In this document: piece after piece, positions 32,294 through 41,943 of the stretch
Position numbering within the stretch: position 1 is the first letter of the stretch
Layout of the letters: the number at the start of each line of letters is the position of its first letter
Source of the DNA: Coleofasciculus sp. B1-GNL1-01
GTDB lineage: Bacteria; Cyanobacteriota; Cyanobacteriia; Cyanobacteriales; Coleofasciculaceae
Direction: 5' to 3' (one strand)
DNA: 64,000 nucleotides
NCBI GenBank assembly: GCA_040220235.1
Contig: JAVJTO010000088.1
Made by a program: the position numbers and the translations under genes
The notes under the pieces: model-generated
The model's database searches: none
What the model saw: only the letters and a program-made list of their open reading frames with translations
Told to the model about the DNA's origin: nothing

Positions 32294-32459
32294 AATGGTG
32301 TCTTATTTCAGTGGGCTTGGAAACCAAGCCCCTACGGTTCCTGTTTCATCCCGGTTCACCCTTCTGTCACTACCTGGGTAATAAATCTCTCCACCAATGG
32401 AACTCCGGTGTCTTGATCGATACCCTAGGGTACGGAAGGTCAGTTCAACGAAAATTGTA

Positions 32460-32669
32460 TCACCTGATTTTATTGTGTGTCAGAAACACAGGCAATACAA
32501 CTTTAACTAATCCTGTAAGCGATCCAACTAAAATTGCAATGGCTAGAATAATCTCTGCTGGGCTGTTCCCATCTTTCATCCAGCTTGCCGGACTATGGAG
32601 TACAGGTTGGGCTGGCGTAACCACTGCAATAGAATTGGACGGCGTGATGTTAGTTGTCGAGTTGGTCAT
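32460..32669 (-). CDS. Small single-TM protein
   Basis: SPAEIILAIAILVGSLTGLV hydrophobic helix; divergent from the NB-ARC gene. Confidence 0.55.
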   Translation of the reverse strand: MTNSTTNITPSNSIAVVTPAQPVLHSPASWMKDGNSPAEIILAIAILVGSLTGLVKVVLPVFLTHNKIR

Positions 32670-32858
32670 TGTTTGAACTTTATTTCAATTGGTGTTGAAA
32701 CTAGGTTCGCTTTGGGGTTGTAATCAAAAGCAAGTGCTGTTGAGGAATTGATGAAAGCAAATAAAATTCAAGGCTAGAGTAAGGTTAGGGTAGGATCTTC
32801 ATTTAGGATAGTGCTACCCCAACCCTAAACTTTTTGCGAAAATCTCTCATTGATAACG

Positions 32859-35800
32859 ATGCCGAGAGCTACCTATGGATCTGAAGTTCAAGCTAGAGCG
32901 CTGCGCCTGTTTGAGGCTTTGCTTTCGTTTGTTAATCACGAATTAGAAGATGGCGATGATTTGGACATCAAATCTAATTGGCGTGAGCAAGATTCAGCTA
33001 AACCCAAGCTGCTTGTAGAGACAAAGCTCAGGGTTTTAGCGGAATTGACTCGCAAGGACAAGCATCAAGGTGGCTTAACCAAGCCTCACATTCGGGAAGC
33101 TCTTCATCGGATGAAAGATTTTCTGAAAATTCTGGAAGATAATCGGGTGCAGAAGAAGGGTAAAGAAGAATGGCGTTTCACCCTAACTCTGTGGTCAAAA
33201 GATAAAGCCGAAAATCTCAAGTGGTTTGACCAAGAGTGGGAACGTTTACGACCACCTAAGTCTAAGCAACAAGCAGGGGCTATTGCAACTGCACCCCAAA
33301 CGGTTAGATGTAAGCCCCCGATGAGAGGTATTCCCCCCTTACCTCCTTATTTTGTAGAGCGCCCAGAAACGAGTCAAAAGCTAAAGCAATACCTACTTTC
33401 TGAGAAAACTGCCCGGATAGGAACCTTAGTAGTGTATGCGATTTACGGTTTGGGGGGTATTGGTAAATCTACCCTTGCGGCGGCTTTGACTTATGACCCA
33501 GAGATACAGGATTATTTTCCCGATGGCGTTTTATGGGTAACTTTAGGTCAACAGCCAGACTTGCTTTCACATCTGAGTCGCTGGATACAGGAGTTAGGGG
33601 ATTATGACTTTAAACCTACCACAATAGATACAGCTTCAATGCATTTGCAAAGACTGTTGTACGATAAAGCTGTGCTGTTGGTAGTTGATGATGTTTGGAG
33701 TTTAGACCATTTTGAACCCTTTCGGTTTTGGGGTACAAAATGTCGGCTGCTAGTGACAACTCGTGAAAATCTAATTATTGACGCAATCCGCTACGAGCTA
33801 GATGTAATGACACAAGAGCAGTCATTAACACTGCTAGAAAATAGCGTGGGGAAACTATCGAAAACGGAGCGTCAGCAGGCAAAAGATTTAGCTAAGACAG
33901 TGGGTTACTTGCCCTTAGCGCTGGAGTTAGCGGCTGCTCAAATTGCTAATTATCAAGTGTCTTGGGCTGAATTACTAGCTGACTTGCGCCAGGAAATCGC
34001 TAGCTTGGAAGCCTTAGATTTCCCAGGTGCAGAAGGAATAGAAAGTGAAGCGATAAAGAAGCGTTATAGCTTATTGGCATCTTTTAACTTAAGCCTGAAA
34101 CGATTGTCGCCAGACTATTTACAAAAGTTTGCCTGGTTGGGTGTCTTACCAGAAGATGCCACGATTACTTCGGCAATGATAGTCACGCTTTGGCAGTTAA
34201 ATCAGGGGAAGGCAAAAAAAACGTTACGCGATTTCCAAGCTAGGGCTTTACTATTCTCCGGCAGTCCTCTTGCGGATGAAACTTCAACTTATCGCCTGCA
34301 TGACTTATGGCACGATATGGCGCGTCACTTGCTCACTCGCTCTTCAGCAGTGGAGACAGATACTATACCAGGTTTGGGTTTAACCCTCCCACAAGCTCAC
34401 GCTACCCTGTTGGAACACTATCGGGCAAAAACTGAAAATAATTTATGGTACACACTGCCTGATGATGGTTATATTCATGCTCATCTGACATGGCATTTGG
34501 AGAAAGCGGGCTGGATTGATGAACTGCATAAACTGCTGCAAGAGGAGACTGCACAGGGATATAACGGTTGGTATCAAGCTTGCGATCACCTAGGGCAGTT
34601 GGGGAGCTATGTGAAAGATGTGGCAAGGGCTTGGCAGTTAGCAGAAGAGGCATTTGAGTCTTGCCCTTCCCAATCCCTTGGTTGGCAATATCGCTATGCG
34701 CTGATCATAACTTCTCTCAAAAGCTTAGGAGAAAAAACTCCACCTGAACTAATAGCGGCATTGGTAAACAAGCAGATATGGACTCCTGCTCAAGGTTTAG
34801 CTTATGCTCAGCAGATACCGTACTCTGGTAATAGGGCAGAAGCCATCAAAAAACTAGCTCCTCATTTACCGGAGGCGTTACTTCCACAAGCCCTAAAGAT
34901 AGCACGAGAGATTCAAGTGGAGAATGACCGTACTCTAGCGATGGTTTACCTTGCCACTCATTTTTCGCAACTCCTCCCAGAAGCATTGGAGGCAGTACGG
35001 AAGATGCACAATGAGGCTTTACCTCTCTACCCGTTAAGTCTCCTCATCCCTCATTTACCGTCTGATTTGCTCACACTCGCTTTGGCGGAGGCAAGGAAGA
35101 TACAAGATCCAAATTATCGTGCCTACGCTCTAGCTTACCTAGCTTCCCATTTGCCACAAATTCGGCAAGAAGCCTTAGAAGCAGTACAAGCAATTCCCAA
35201 CGAGTGGTATCGCGACCATTTTTTAAGCACCAATCCTCTAATTGACCTTGCCCCTAATTGGTCAGAAATCTTGCCAGAAGCGTTAGCTGCAGCACGTTCT
35301 CTGGGTGGATCTTTTCGCGCCCATAAATTGAGCTATCTGGCTATTAATTTTCCGCAAATCTTCCCAGAAGTTTTGGAAGCGATAGAGGCAATCCCAGATG
35401 AGAATAACCGTGCTTTAGCCTTAAGTAACATTGCTCCTGATTTGCCTTCTGATTTGCTTGAACCCGCCTTCAATGTGGCACGCAAAATTCAGAATCAGAA
35501 TTATCAAGCTCTAGCCCTGAGTAATATTGCCCCCCGTTTACCAGACATTTTCTCATTCTCAGAAATTCTGAATATGGTAAGAGCGCTTCCAGATGAATGG
35601 CAGTCTTATTGGGATGAGATGCAGTATGAGTCGTATTATCTTAGAGCTTTAAGCAACCTTGCCCTCCATTCACCGGACATTTTGCCAGCAGTTTTAGAGA
35701 AAGTCTTCCAGACGCGGTTTAGTCGTGACGATACACTATGTAAACTTATACCCCATTTGCCCCCTAATTTGCTCAAACAAGCCCTTAAGTTAACACAGGC

Positions 35801-36881
35801 AACCCAGGATGAATTGAGTAGGGCTTATGCTTTGACACATCTTGCTTCCTACTTGCCAGAACTCTTCCCAGAAGCCTTAAAGATAGCACGATTAATTCAG
35901 GATCAATGGTCTCGTGCCAAAGCCCTAATTCACCTATCGTCTTATTTTCCGGAAATCCGGGAAGAAGCCCTTACTGCATCACGGTTAATTCAGAATGAAT
36001 ATTCCCGTGCTATGTCCCTAGGTGAACTGGTTCCTCATTTTCCGGAGATTTGCCCAGAAGCCTTTGAAGTGGCACAAGCCATTCCAGTGGAGTATCACCG
36101 TGCAATCGCCTTGGAAATTCTTGCCCCCCATTTGCCCCCGATTCTTCTCAAACAAGCTATTGAGGTAGCTCAAGGGCTGCATGAAAAGGATGCTCGTGCG
36201 ATCGCTTTGAGTTGCCTCGCTCCCTACCTCCCCGAATCCTTGCCACAAGCTCTTGATGCAGCAATTAACGCTGAATCTCGGTTGTGTACCGATGCTCTGT
36301 GTCAGCTAATTCCTTATTTGCCCTCTAATATGCTGATACGAACATTGGAAACAGCACGGTTGATGCAGAATCAGTGTGACTGTGTTAAGGTTCTGAGTCA
36401 TCTGGCTTGCCGTTTACCCGATATTTTCTCAGAAGCCCTTGAGGTAACACAAGCCATTCCGGATGAGAATGGTCGTGCTTTAGCACTCAGTTATCTTGTT
36501 CCTAATTTACCTGAACATCGGCTCGAATCTGCTCTGGAAATAGCACGAGCAATTCAGGATGAGAATCACCGTGTCTTCGCCCTTAGAACCCTTGCGTCCC
36601 GTATGCCACAAATCATACCGCAAGCTTTGGATTCGCTAAGGTTGATTCAGGATGAGTTATCTCGCGCTCGTGCCTTAAGCGAACTCACACCCTATTTAAA
36701 ACTGTTTTCGGTAAATGTCTCTCTTTGGCAAGAAATTCTTCACATTTTGGCTCATCTTCCTCGTCATAATTTTTTAGAGAATCTAGTGTCTTTAAGTCCT
36801 ATTCTTGTAGAGCTAGGTGGCTCCGAAGCTTTAAAGGAAACCGCCCAGGCAATCCAGGATGTTGGCAGATGGTGGTCTTGA
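32859..36881 (+). CDS. NB-ARC STAND ATPase with helical-repeat C-terminus (NLR/APAF1-like)
   Basis: GLGGIGKS, LLVVDDVW, LVTTR, GYLPLAL, RLHDL; repeats of the A..IQDE..RA.AL..LA type. Confidence 0.9.
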   Translation: MPRATYGSEVQARALRLFEALLSFVNHELEDGDDLDIKSNWREQDSAKPKLLVETKLRVLAELTRKDKHQGGLTKPHIREALHRMKDFLKILEDNRVQKKGKEEWRFTLTLWSKDKAENLKWFDQEWERLRPPKSKQQAGAIATAPQTVRCKPPMRGIPPLPPYFVERPETSQKLKQYLLSEKTARIGTLVVYAIYGLGGIGKSTLAAALTYDPEIQDYFPDGVLWVTLGQQPDLLSHLSRWIQELGDYDFKPTTIDTASMHLQRLLYDKAVLLVVDDVWSLDHFEPFRFWGTKCRLLVTTRENLIIDAIRYELDVMTQEQSLTLLENSVGKLSKTERQQAKDLAKTVGYLPLALELAAAQIANYQVSWAELLADLRQEIASLEALDFPGAEGIESEAIKKRYSLLASFNLSLKRLSPDYLQKFAWLGVLPEDATITSAMIVTLWQLNQGKAKKTLRDFQARALLFSGSPLADETSTYRLHDLWHDMARHLLTRSSAVETDTIPGLGLTLPQAHATLLEHYRAKTENNLWYTLPDDGYIHAHLTWHLEKAGWIDELHKLLQEETAQGYNGWYQACDHLGQLGSYVKDVARAWQLAEEAFESCPSQSLGWQYRYALIITSLKSLGEKTPPELIAALVNKQIWTPAQGLAYAQQIPYSGNRAEAIKKLAPHLPEALLPQALKIAREIQVENDRTLAMVYLATHFSQLLPEALEAVRKMHNEALPLYPLSLLIPHLPSDLLTLALAEARKIQDPNYRAYALAYLASHLPQIRQEALEAVQAIPNEWYRDHFLSTNPLIDLAPNWSEILPEALAAARSLGGSFRAHKLSYLAINFPQIFPEVLEAIEAIPDENNRALALSNIAPDLPSDLLEPAFNVARKIQNQNYQALALSNIAPRLPDIFSFSEILNMVRALPDEWQSYWDEMQYESYYLRALSNLALHSPDILPAVLEKVFQTRFSRDDTLCKLIPHLPPNLLKQALKLTQATQDELSRAYALTHLASYLPELFPEALKIARLIQDQWSRAKALIHLSSYFPEIREEALTASRLIQNEYSRAMSLGELVPHFPEICPEAFEVAQAIPVEYHRAIALEILAPHLPPILLKQAIEVAQGLHEKDARAIALSCLAPYLPESLPQALDAAINAESRLCTDALCQLIPYLPSNMLIRTLETARLMQNQCDCVKVLSHLACRLPDIFSEALEVTQAIPDENGRALALSYLVPNLPEHRLESALEIARAIQDENHRVFALRTLASRMPQIIPQALDSLRLIQDELSRARALSELTPYLKLFSVNVSLWQEILHILAHLPRHNFLENLVSLSPILVELGGSEALKETAQAIQDVGRWWS

Positions 36882-37020
36882 AAACCAACCCTCATAGGTA
36901 AATATTGGGACGGTTTTGAGGATGAACCCGATGAAATTATTTATGACTTTCTGGAGTATCAATAATTTGTTTGCCTCTCTGCTTGCTCCCTTCGTCCAAG
37001 AATGCTTAAAATCAAGCGTA

Positions 37021-37123
37021 TAAGCTGTTCGGCATTTAAACCTTAATATCAATAGTGGCGTAATCCTTGTAGTGCGAGCATCTTGCTCGCTACTAATACC
37101 CAATTTAAATGCATGACAGCTTA
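37021..37123. mobile_element. TA-flanked MITE
   Basis: TAAGCTGTTCGGCATTTAAA...TTTAAATGCATGACAGCTTA. Confidence 0.75.
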
Positions 37124-37383
37124 CCTCAATTCCTGAACAACAGGGAACGGGGAATACCTAATTTATACCAAATCTGGGTTGATTATCCCCTTGATAGACT
37201 CCTTCATTCCCCCTTGCACTTCTCCACAATCACGAGATTATTCGTCCAATCAGTTTCTTGCACCATTGGTGCGAGTTTTTGATTATGGCGGTAAGGGTGG
37301 TGAATCGGGGCGGGTTTAGTCACTGATGGGTGCAACCGAAAAGATAGTAGTGAAACTGTAACCAATTTTATCAAGGCATAGAT

Positions 37384-38709
37384 TTATTGAGTGGAGTACG
37401 CTAGCTGGAGAATCGCTAACGCCGCGCGATCGCATACTCCGACTTCCCCTAATAGTTGACGCATTTGTTGATAATTTTCCAGGGTTTGTTGACGGTTCTG
37501 GGGATTAAATAACAGTTCCATTGCTTCTCGAACTAAATTTTCTGGAGTCGCATTTTCTTGAAGTAACTCTGGCACAATTGAACGCATCACGACTAAATTT
37601 GGGGGTGACATGAAGGGAATGGAAAACTTAAGGAAATTACGGGCAATCCAGTAGGTTAATGAACTCACCCGATAAAAGACAACCTGGGGAACATTGAGCA
37701 GCACTAATTCCAAATTCACTGTACCTGATTTGGTAATCGCTAAATCAGCGGCGGCGAGTACCTCCTGAGTCTTTTCTGTTACTAATGTTGCCTGAAGTCC
37801 ATAGTCTTCTATTGCCTTTTCAATCGGTTGGCGATAGGCTTGATGAGATAAGGGAATCCAAAAGATTGGGGATTGGGAAAGTTTTGACTTTTGAATAAGG
37901 GCGGGTTTTGTTGATAAGTTATCAGTGACAAGCTTATCTGAGTGGCTAAACCCGCCCCTACAATTGACTGTTGACTTATCTCCCCCTGCTTCCCAGACGT
38001 GCCATGGCACGTCTCTACAAGTCGATAACTTCTCCTGAAGCTGCTGGGCGGCGGAAAAGATAATCGGCATCATGTATTTGATTTCTTGATGTCTGGAGGC
38101 GGGTAAAAGCGCGATCGCGGTTTGATCGGGTTTAATCCCTAGCGCTGTTCTAGCTTGCTCCCGACTGGGATAAGATGGGATACGATCAACCAGGGGATGA
38201 CCTACCCAATGAACGGATGCGCCTTTTTCTGCAAAATAACGCGCTTCTTCGGGAAATATAGCTAACAGTTTGTGTGTCATTTCCACAATTGTGGCGGTAT
38301 TGCGGGGAGACAGTGACCAAACCCACTCTTGAGGGGCGATGTAATAGACGACAGGAACTTTGGGAAGCTGACGCTGAATAAACTTGCCAATACCGAGATT
38401 GGGTCCCATATAGTCAATGAGAACAACGACATCTGGAGGATTATTCTGAAGGTATTGTTTGGCGCGACGCTGAATGGTTAAGGTTGGCAGAACAAATGGC
38501 AAAGATTCTAATAGTCCGACTGAGCCAATACCCGTCGTATTTCCTAATAATGTGGCACCAGAAAGCGCCATTTTTTCGCCCCCTAATGCCACAATCGTTA
38601 ACTCGATTCCTTGTTGGGTAGCTTGTTTTTTCAGGGCATCAATAAGCATTGCACCCTGTAAATCACCGGAGACTTCACCCGTACTGATAAAAATTGTTTT
38701 TTTGGTCAT
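37384..38709 (-). CDS. lpxB: Lipid-A-disaccharide synthase
   Basis: GEVSGD, YYIAPQEW, VGHPL, LLPASR, KSGTVNLE; carries a repeat-derived insertion. Confidence 0.95.
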   Translation of the reverse strand: MTKKTIFISTGEVSGDLQGAMLIDALKKQATQQGIELTIVALGGEKMALSGATLLGNTTGIGSVGLLESLPFVLPTLTIQRRAKQYLQNNPPDVVVLIDYMGPNLGIGKFIQRQLPKVPVVYYIAPQEWVWSLSPRNTATIVEMTHKLLAIFPEEARYFAEKGASVHWVGHPLVDRIPSYPSREQARTALGIKPDQTAIALLPASRHQEIKYMMPIIFSAAQQLQEKLSTCRDVPWHVWEAGGDKSTVNCRGGFSHSDKLVTDNLSTKPALIQKSKLSQSPIFWIPLSHQAYRQPIEKAIEDYGLQATLVTEKTQEVLAAADLAITKSGTVNLELVLLNVPQVVFYRVSSLTYWIARNFLKFSIPFMSPPNLVVMRSIVPELLQENATPENLVREAMELLFNPQNRQQTLENYQQMRQLLGEVGVCDRAALAILQLAYSTQ

Positions 38710-38902
38710 TCGTCAAAACACTGATTTCACGGATTTATGGGAGAGAGTGGGGGAGGGAAGTGAGAGGTTAGTTACACTGATTACAAAGATGCTTCGCTTT
38801 TGTTGTATGGAAGGGGGAGAATTCAAAGCCTCTCTCCTTGCAGTAGAGAGGTTTGGAGAGAGGTTTTTCCGATTCCATGAAAAGTAAGGTCATTCAGTTG
38901 GG

Positions 38903-39730
38903 TTAACACTTCTCCGTGTCTTGACTATGATGAAAACGACGCCCTGGAATCGAACCACGCCGCCCAGGTAATTGCGATCGCTCTAAGAATAGGCGTAGGT
39001 GCTGTACCTGTTCATGCTCAGAGATTAGATGGAGTTGTTCTACGGCTTGATTGAAGGTGTAATCAGAGCGATAGAGTGTCTGAAATGCCTTTTTTAAGTC
39101 TCCTAGGGACTCGCCGTTGATTCCCGCTCTTTTGAGACCCACTAAATTGAGCGATCGCACTCGTGCAGGATTGCCTTCAACTAACATATAAGGGGGTACA
39201 TCTCGATCAATTCGACTCATTCCCCCCACCATCGCTAGACGCCCAATGTGGACAAATTGATGAATGCCTAAAACGCCGCCAATGGTGGCTTTTGATTCAA
39301 TATGAACATGTCCGGCTAAAGCGACTCCATTAGCAATCACGACAGAGTTTTCCAACAGGCAATTGTGAGCAACGTGGACATAAGCCATCAACAGGTTATT
39401 ATTGCCAATAACTGTCGCTTCTCCCGCACCCGTTGCTCGGTTAATCGTGACATATTCCCGAATCCGATTATCATCACCAATTCTGACCCAACTGGGTGCC
39501 CCATCATATTTTAAGTCTTGCGGTTCTAAGCCAATCGCTGCCCCAGGAAATATTTGGTTTCTCTCACCAATTTCCGTCGGTCCTTCTAGAACCGCATGAG
39601 CGCCAATCTTCGTCTGTGAACCCACTTTTACATTATCGCCAATGACCGCATAAGCACCAATTTGAACTGTCGGATGGAGTTGGGCGCCAGGGTGGATTAC
39701 AGCAGTAGGATGAATCAGTGTTGTTGCCAT
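38903..39730 (-). CDS. lpxA: UDP-N-acetylglucosamine acyltransferase
   Basis: Hexapeptide repeats, PQDLKY, HVAHNC, HQFV. Confidence 0.97.
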   Translation of the reverse strand: MATTLIHPTAVIHPGAQLHPTVQIGAYAVIGDNVKVGSQTKIGAHAVLEGPTEIGERNQIFPGAAIGLEPQDLKYDGAPSWVRIGDDNRIREYVTINRATGAGEATVIGNNNLLMAYVHVAHNCLLENSVVIANGVALAGHVHIESKATIGGVLGIHQFVHIGRLAMVGGMSRIDRDVPPYMLVEGNPARVRSLNLVGLKRAGINGESLGDLKKAFQTLYRSDYTFNQAVEQLHLISEHEQVQHLRLFLERSQLPGRRGSIPGRRFHHSQDTEKC

Positions 39731-40149
39731 ATAGCGATCCTATTTGAGTGGTGAACAGGGTGAGTTTGTCATTCGTCATTCGTCATTGGTCATTTGTGAG
39801 GGTTTGAGGGTTATTTACATCACTTAATTAATATAGTTGAGTTTATTTCCACCAACCTACTTACGTTAAAGGAAGGTTGAACAGGGGACATACTAAATTT
39901 GGGTGAGCTGTAGGATTGAATGTTAGGTTAAGCGATCGCAGAAATTTTAGGTATAGCAAGTCGCTCTGGTGTATTTACAACTCCCTTCTCTGAAGCTGAG
40001 TCCAGATGGGATGTTCGTACAAACAAAGTGTAACTAGACCAGCGCGAAGCGCTATATAATCATTTATACCGACGCCTCAAGAGATTCAAGTGTGACAGGA
40101 TGAAGAATCCGGGAGCGCTAACCCGAATTTGGGATAGCGCCAGTAAGAG

Positions 40150-40662
40150 TTATTCAACTAGAGAAAACATCAATTCCCCTTCAGCAACTCGCTGATCGTC
40201 AACGACTGCACGAGCTTGCATCTTTCCAAAACGACGGCGCTTCACCGATACGAGTTCCGTTGTCATGATCAGTTGATCACCCGGTACAACAGGACGACGA
40301 AAGCGAACTTTATCAATTCCGGCAAAAACAAATAAGGCGTCATCCATATCAGCCATTTGCTTTAAGACAATGCCACCAACTTGAGCCATGGCTTCTACAA
40401 TCATCACCCCCGGCATCATCGGGCGTCCTGGAAAATGTCCTTGAAAATAGGGTTCATTAAACGTGACATTCTTAATGCCAACCGCTAGCTTTCCCGGAAC
40501 ATATTCAATAATGCGGTCAACTAAAGCAAAAGGATAGCGATGGGGCAGGATCTTATGAATGTCTTCAACTGTGAAAACTGTTTTGGTGGATGATTCAGAC
40601 TGAGTGGGGTTGGCATTATCAGTGGAATCATCGTGAGTGTTAACGTCAATCAAGGTAGACAT
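40150..40662 (-). CDS. fabZ: 3-hydroxyacyl-ACP dehydratase
   Basis: LPHRYPF, GHFP, PGV.IVEAMAQ. Confidence 0.97.
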   Translation of the reverse strand: MSTLIDVNTHDDSTDNANPTQSESSTKTVFTVEDIHKILPHRYPFALVDRIIEYVPGKLAVGIKNVTFNEPYFQGHFPGRPMMPGVMIVEAMAQVGGIVLKQMADMDDALFVFAGIDKVRFRRPVVPGDQLIMTTELVSVKRRRFGKMQARAVVDDQRVAEGELMFSLVE

Positions 40663-40827
40663 GAGTAAATTAGGATAAAAACGAGTACCAATGAGCAGCG
40701 TTCAGTGACCAGGTGAGTGACTCTGTAAACGTATCCAAACTGTAAGCGGATTAGAATGCTGGTCACTTAGTTTTGCGTCCGCTACACAAGGAACATGGAT
40801 GAGTAAGCGTTTAGGTGCCAGTAGTGA

Positions 40828-41733
40828 TCAATTGCCAATGACGGCTGATGATTGACCACTGACATCCCCAGCGCCGATTTGTTGAGCCAGTAATCTCGCT
40901 AATTGAATATGCAGAGTGTGACTGGCTTTGTAGGCGAGGACATGAGCGACAGGAAATTTCCCCAATAAACTCAAATCCCCTACTAAATCTAAAAGTTTAT
41001 GACGCACTGGCTCATTTGAAAATCGCAAGGGCGGATTCAACCAGCCGTGATCGCCGCAAACTAAGGCATTTTCCAAGCTACCGCCTTTAATTAAACCGCG
41101 ATCGCGTAATTGGTCAACTTGGTTGGCTAAACCAAAGGTTCGCGCAGGTGCGATCGCCTTAGCAAAATGCTCCTGTTCCGGTGTCCAGCTATGCCATTGA
41201 TTGCCAATCGCTGGGTTCTCAAAATCAATGCCGTAGGTAAATCGCGTCATCGGTGCGGGTAAGGCGGCGACAAAGGCATCCTCTTGATTCACCCAAATGG
41301 GTTCCTTAACCACCAGTGGAGACGACAGGGAAGGTTGACTCTCAACCATCCCCACCTCCTGAATTGCTTTGATCCAAACCAATGCCGAACCGTCTAACAG
41401 GGGAACTTCTGATCCGTCAATTTCAATACAAGCATCGTCCACGCCACTCCCGGCGAGGGCGGCGAGGAGGTGTTCGACTGTTCTCACTGTCACCTCGTAA
41501 TCGAAGGAAGAGGCAGAAGTCTCACCATTTTCCGCCCTCAACTGAGTCGAAAGCATCGTAGTAGAGACAGCCTCCACTCGCGCTGGAATCACAGGTTTTC
41601 CTGGCAAGTCAACGCGGACAAAATAACGTCCCGTTCCAGCTGCAGCGGGCAAGACGCGAACCGTGGTAGTGATCCCACTGTGCAATCCGACCCCTGATTG
41701 TTCAAAAGCAGCACCCAAAGTGTAGTTTGTCAT
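40828..41733 (-). CDS. lpxC: UDP-3-O-acyl-GlcNAc deacetylase
   Basis: [26 protein letters not shown]. Confidence 0.96.
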   Translation of the reverse strand: MTNYTLGAAFEQSGVGLHSGITTTVRVLPAAAGTGRYFVRVDLPGKPVIPARVEAVSTTMLSTQLRAENGETSASSFDYEVTVRTVEHLLAALAGSGVDDACIEIDGSEVPLLDGSALVWIKAIQEVGMVESQPSLSSPLVVKEPIWVNQEDAFVAALPAPMTRFTYGIDFENPAIGNQWHSWTPEQEHFAKAIAPARTFGLANQVDQLRDRGLIKGGSLENALVCGDHGWLNPPLRFSNEPVRHKLLDLVGDLSLLGKFPVAHVLAYKASHTLHIQLARLLAQQIGAGDVSGQSSAVIGN

Positions 41734-41822
41734 TGGTCATTGGTCATTGGTCATTGGTCATTGGTTATTGGTCATTGGTCATTGGTCATTGGTCATTGGT
41801 CATTGGTCATTGGTCATTGGTC
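41729..41822. repeat. STRR heptamer (CATTGGT)n, about 13 copies
   Basis: Direct tandem repeat abutting the lpxC start. Confidence 0.95.
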
Positions 41823-41943
41823 TTATGTCAGAGAACACCTCGCTCAACCCTTCGGACAAAAGAAAACAGCACGCTCACTAAGTTTTGTAACTGGTACTCA
41901 AATCCTTACAAAGGACAAAGGACGAATGACGAATGACGATCTC

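Noticed and set aside
32209..32676. 155-aa plus-strand ORF
   Set aside because: Composed of MITE/REP sequence plus the antisense of the small TM gene
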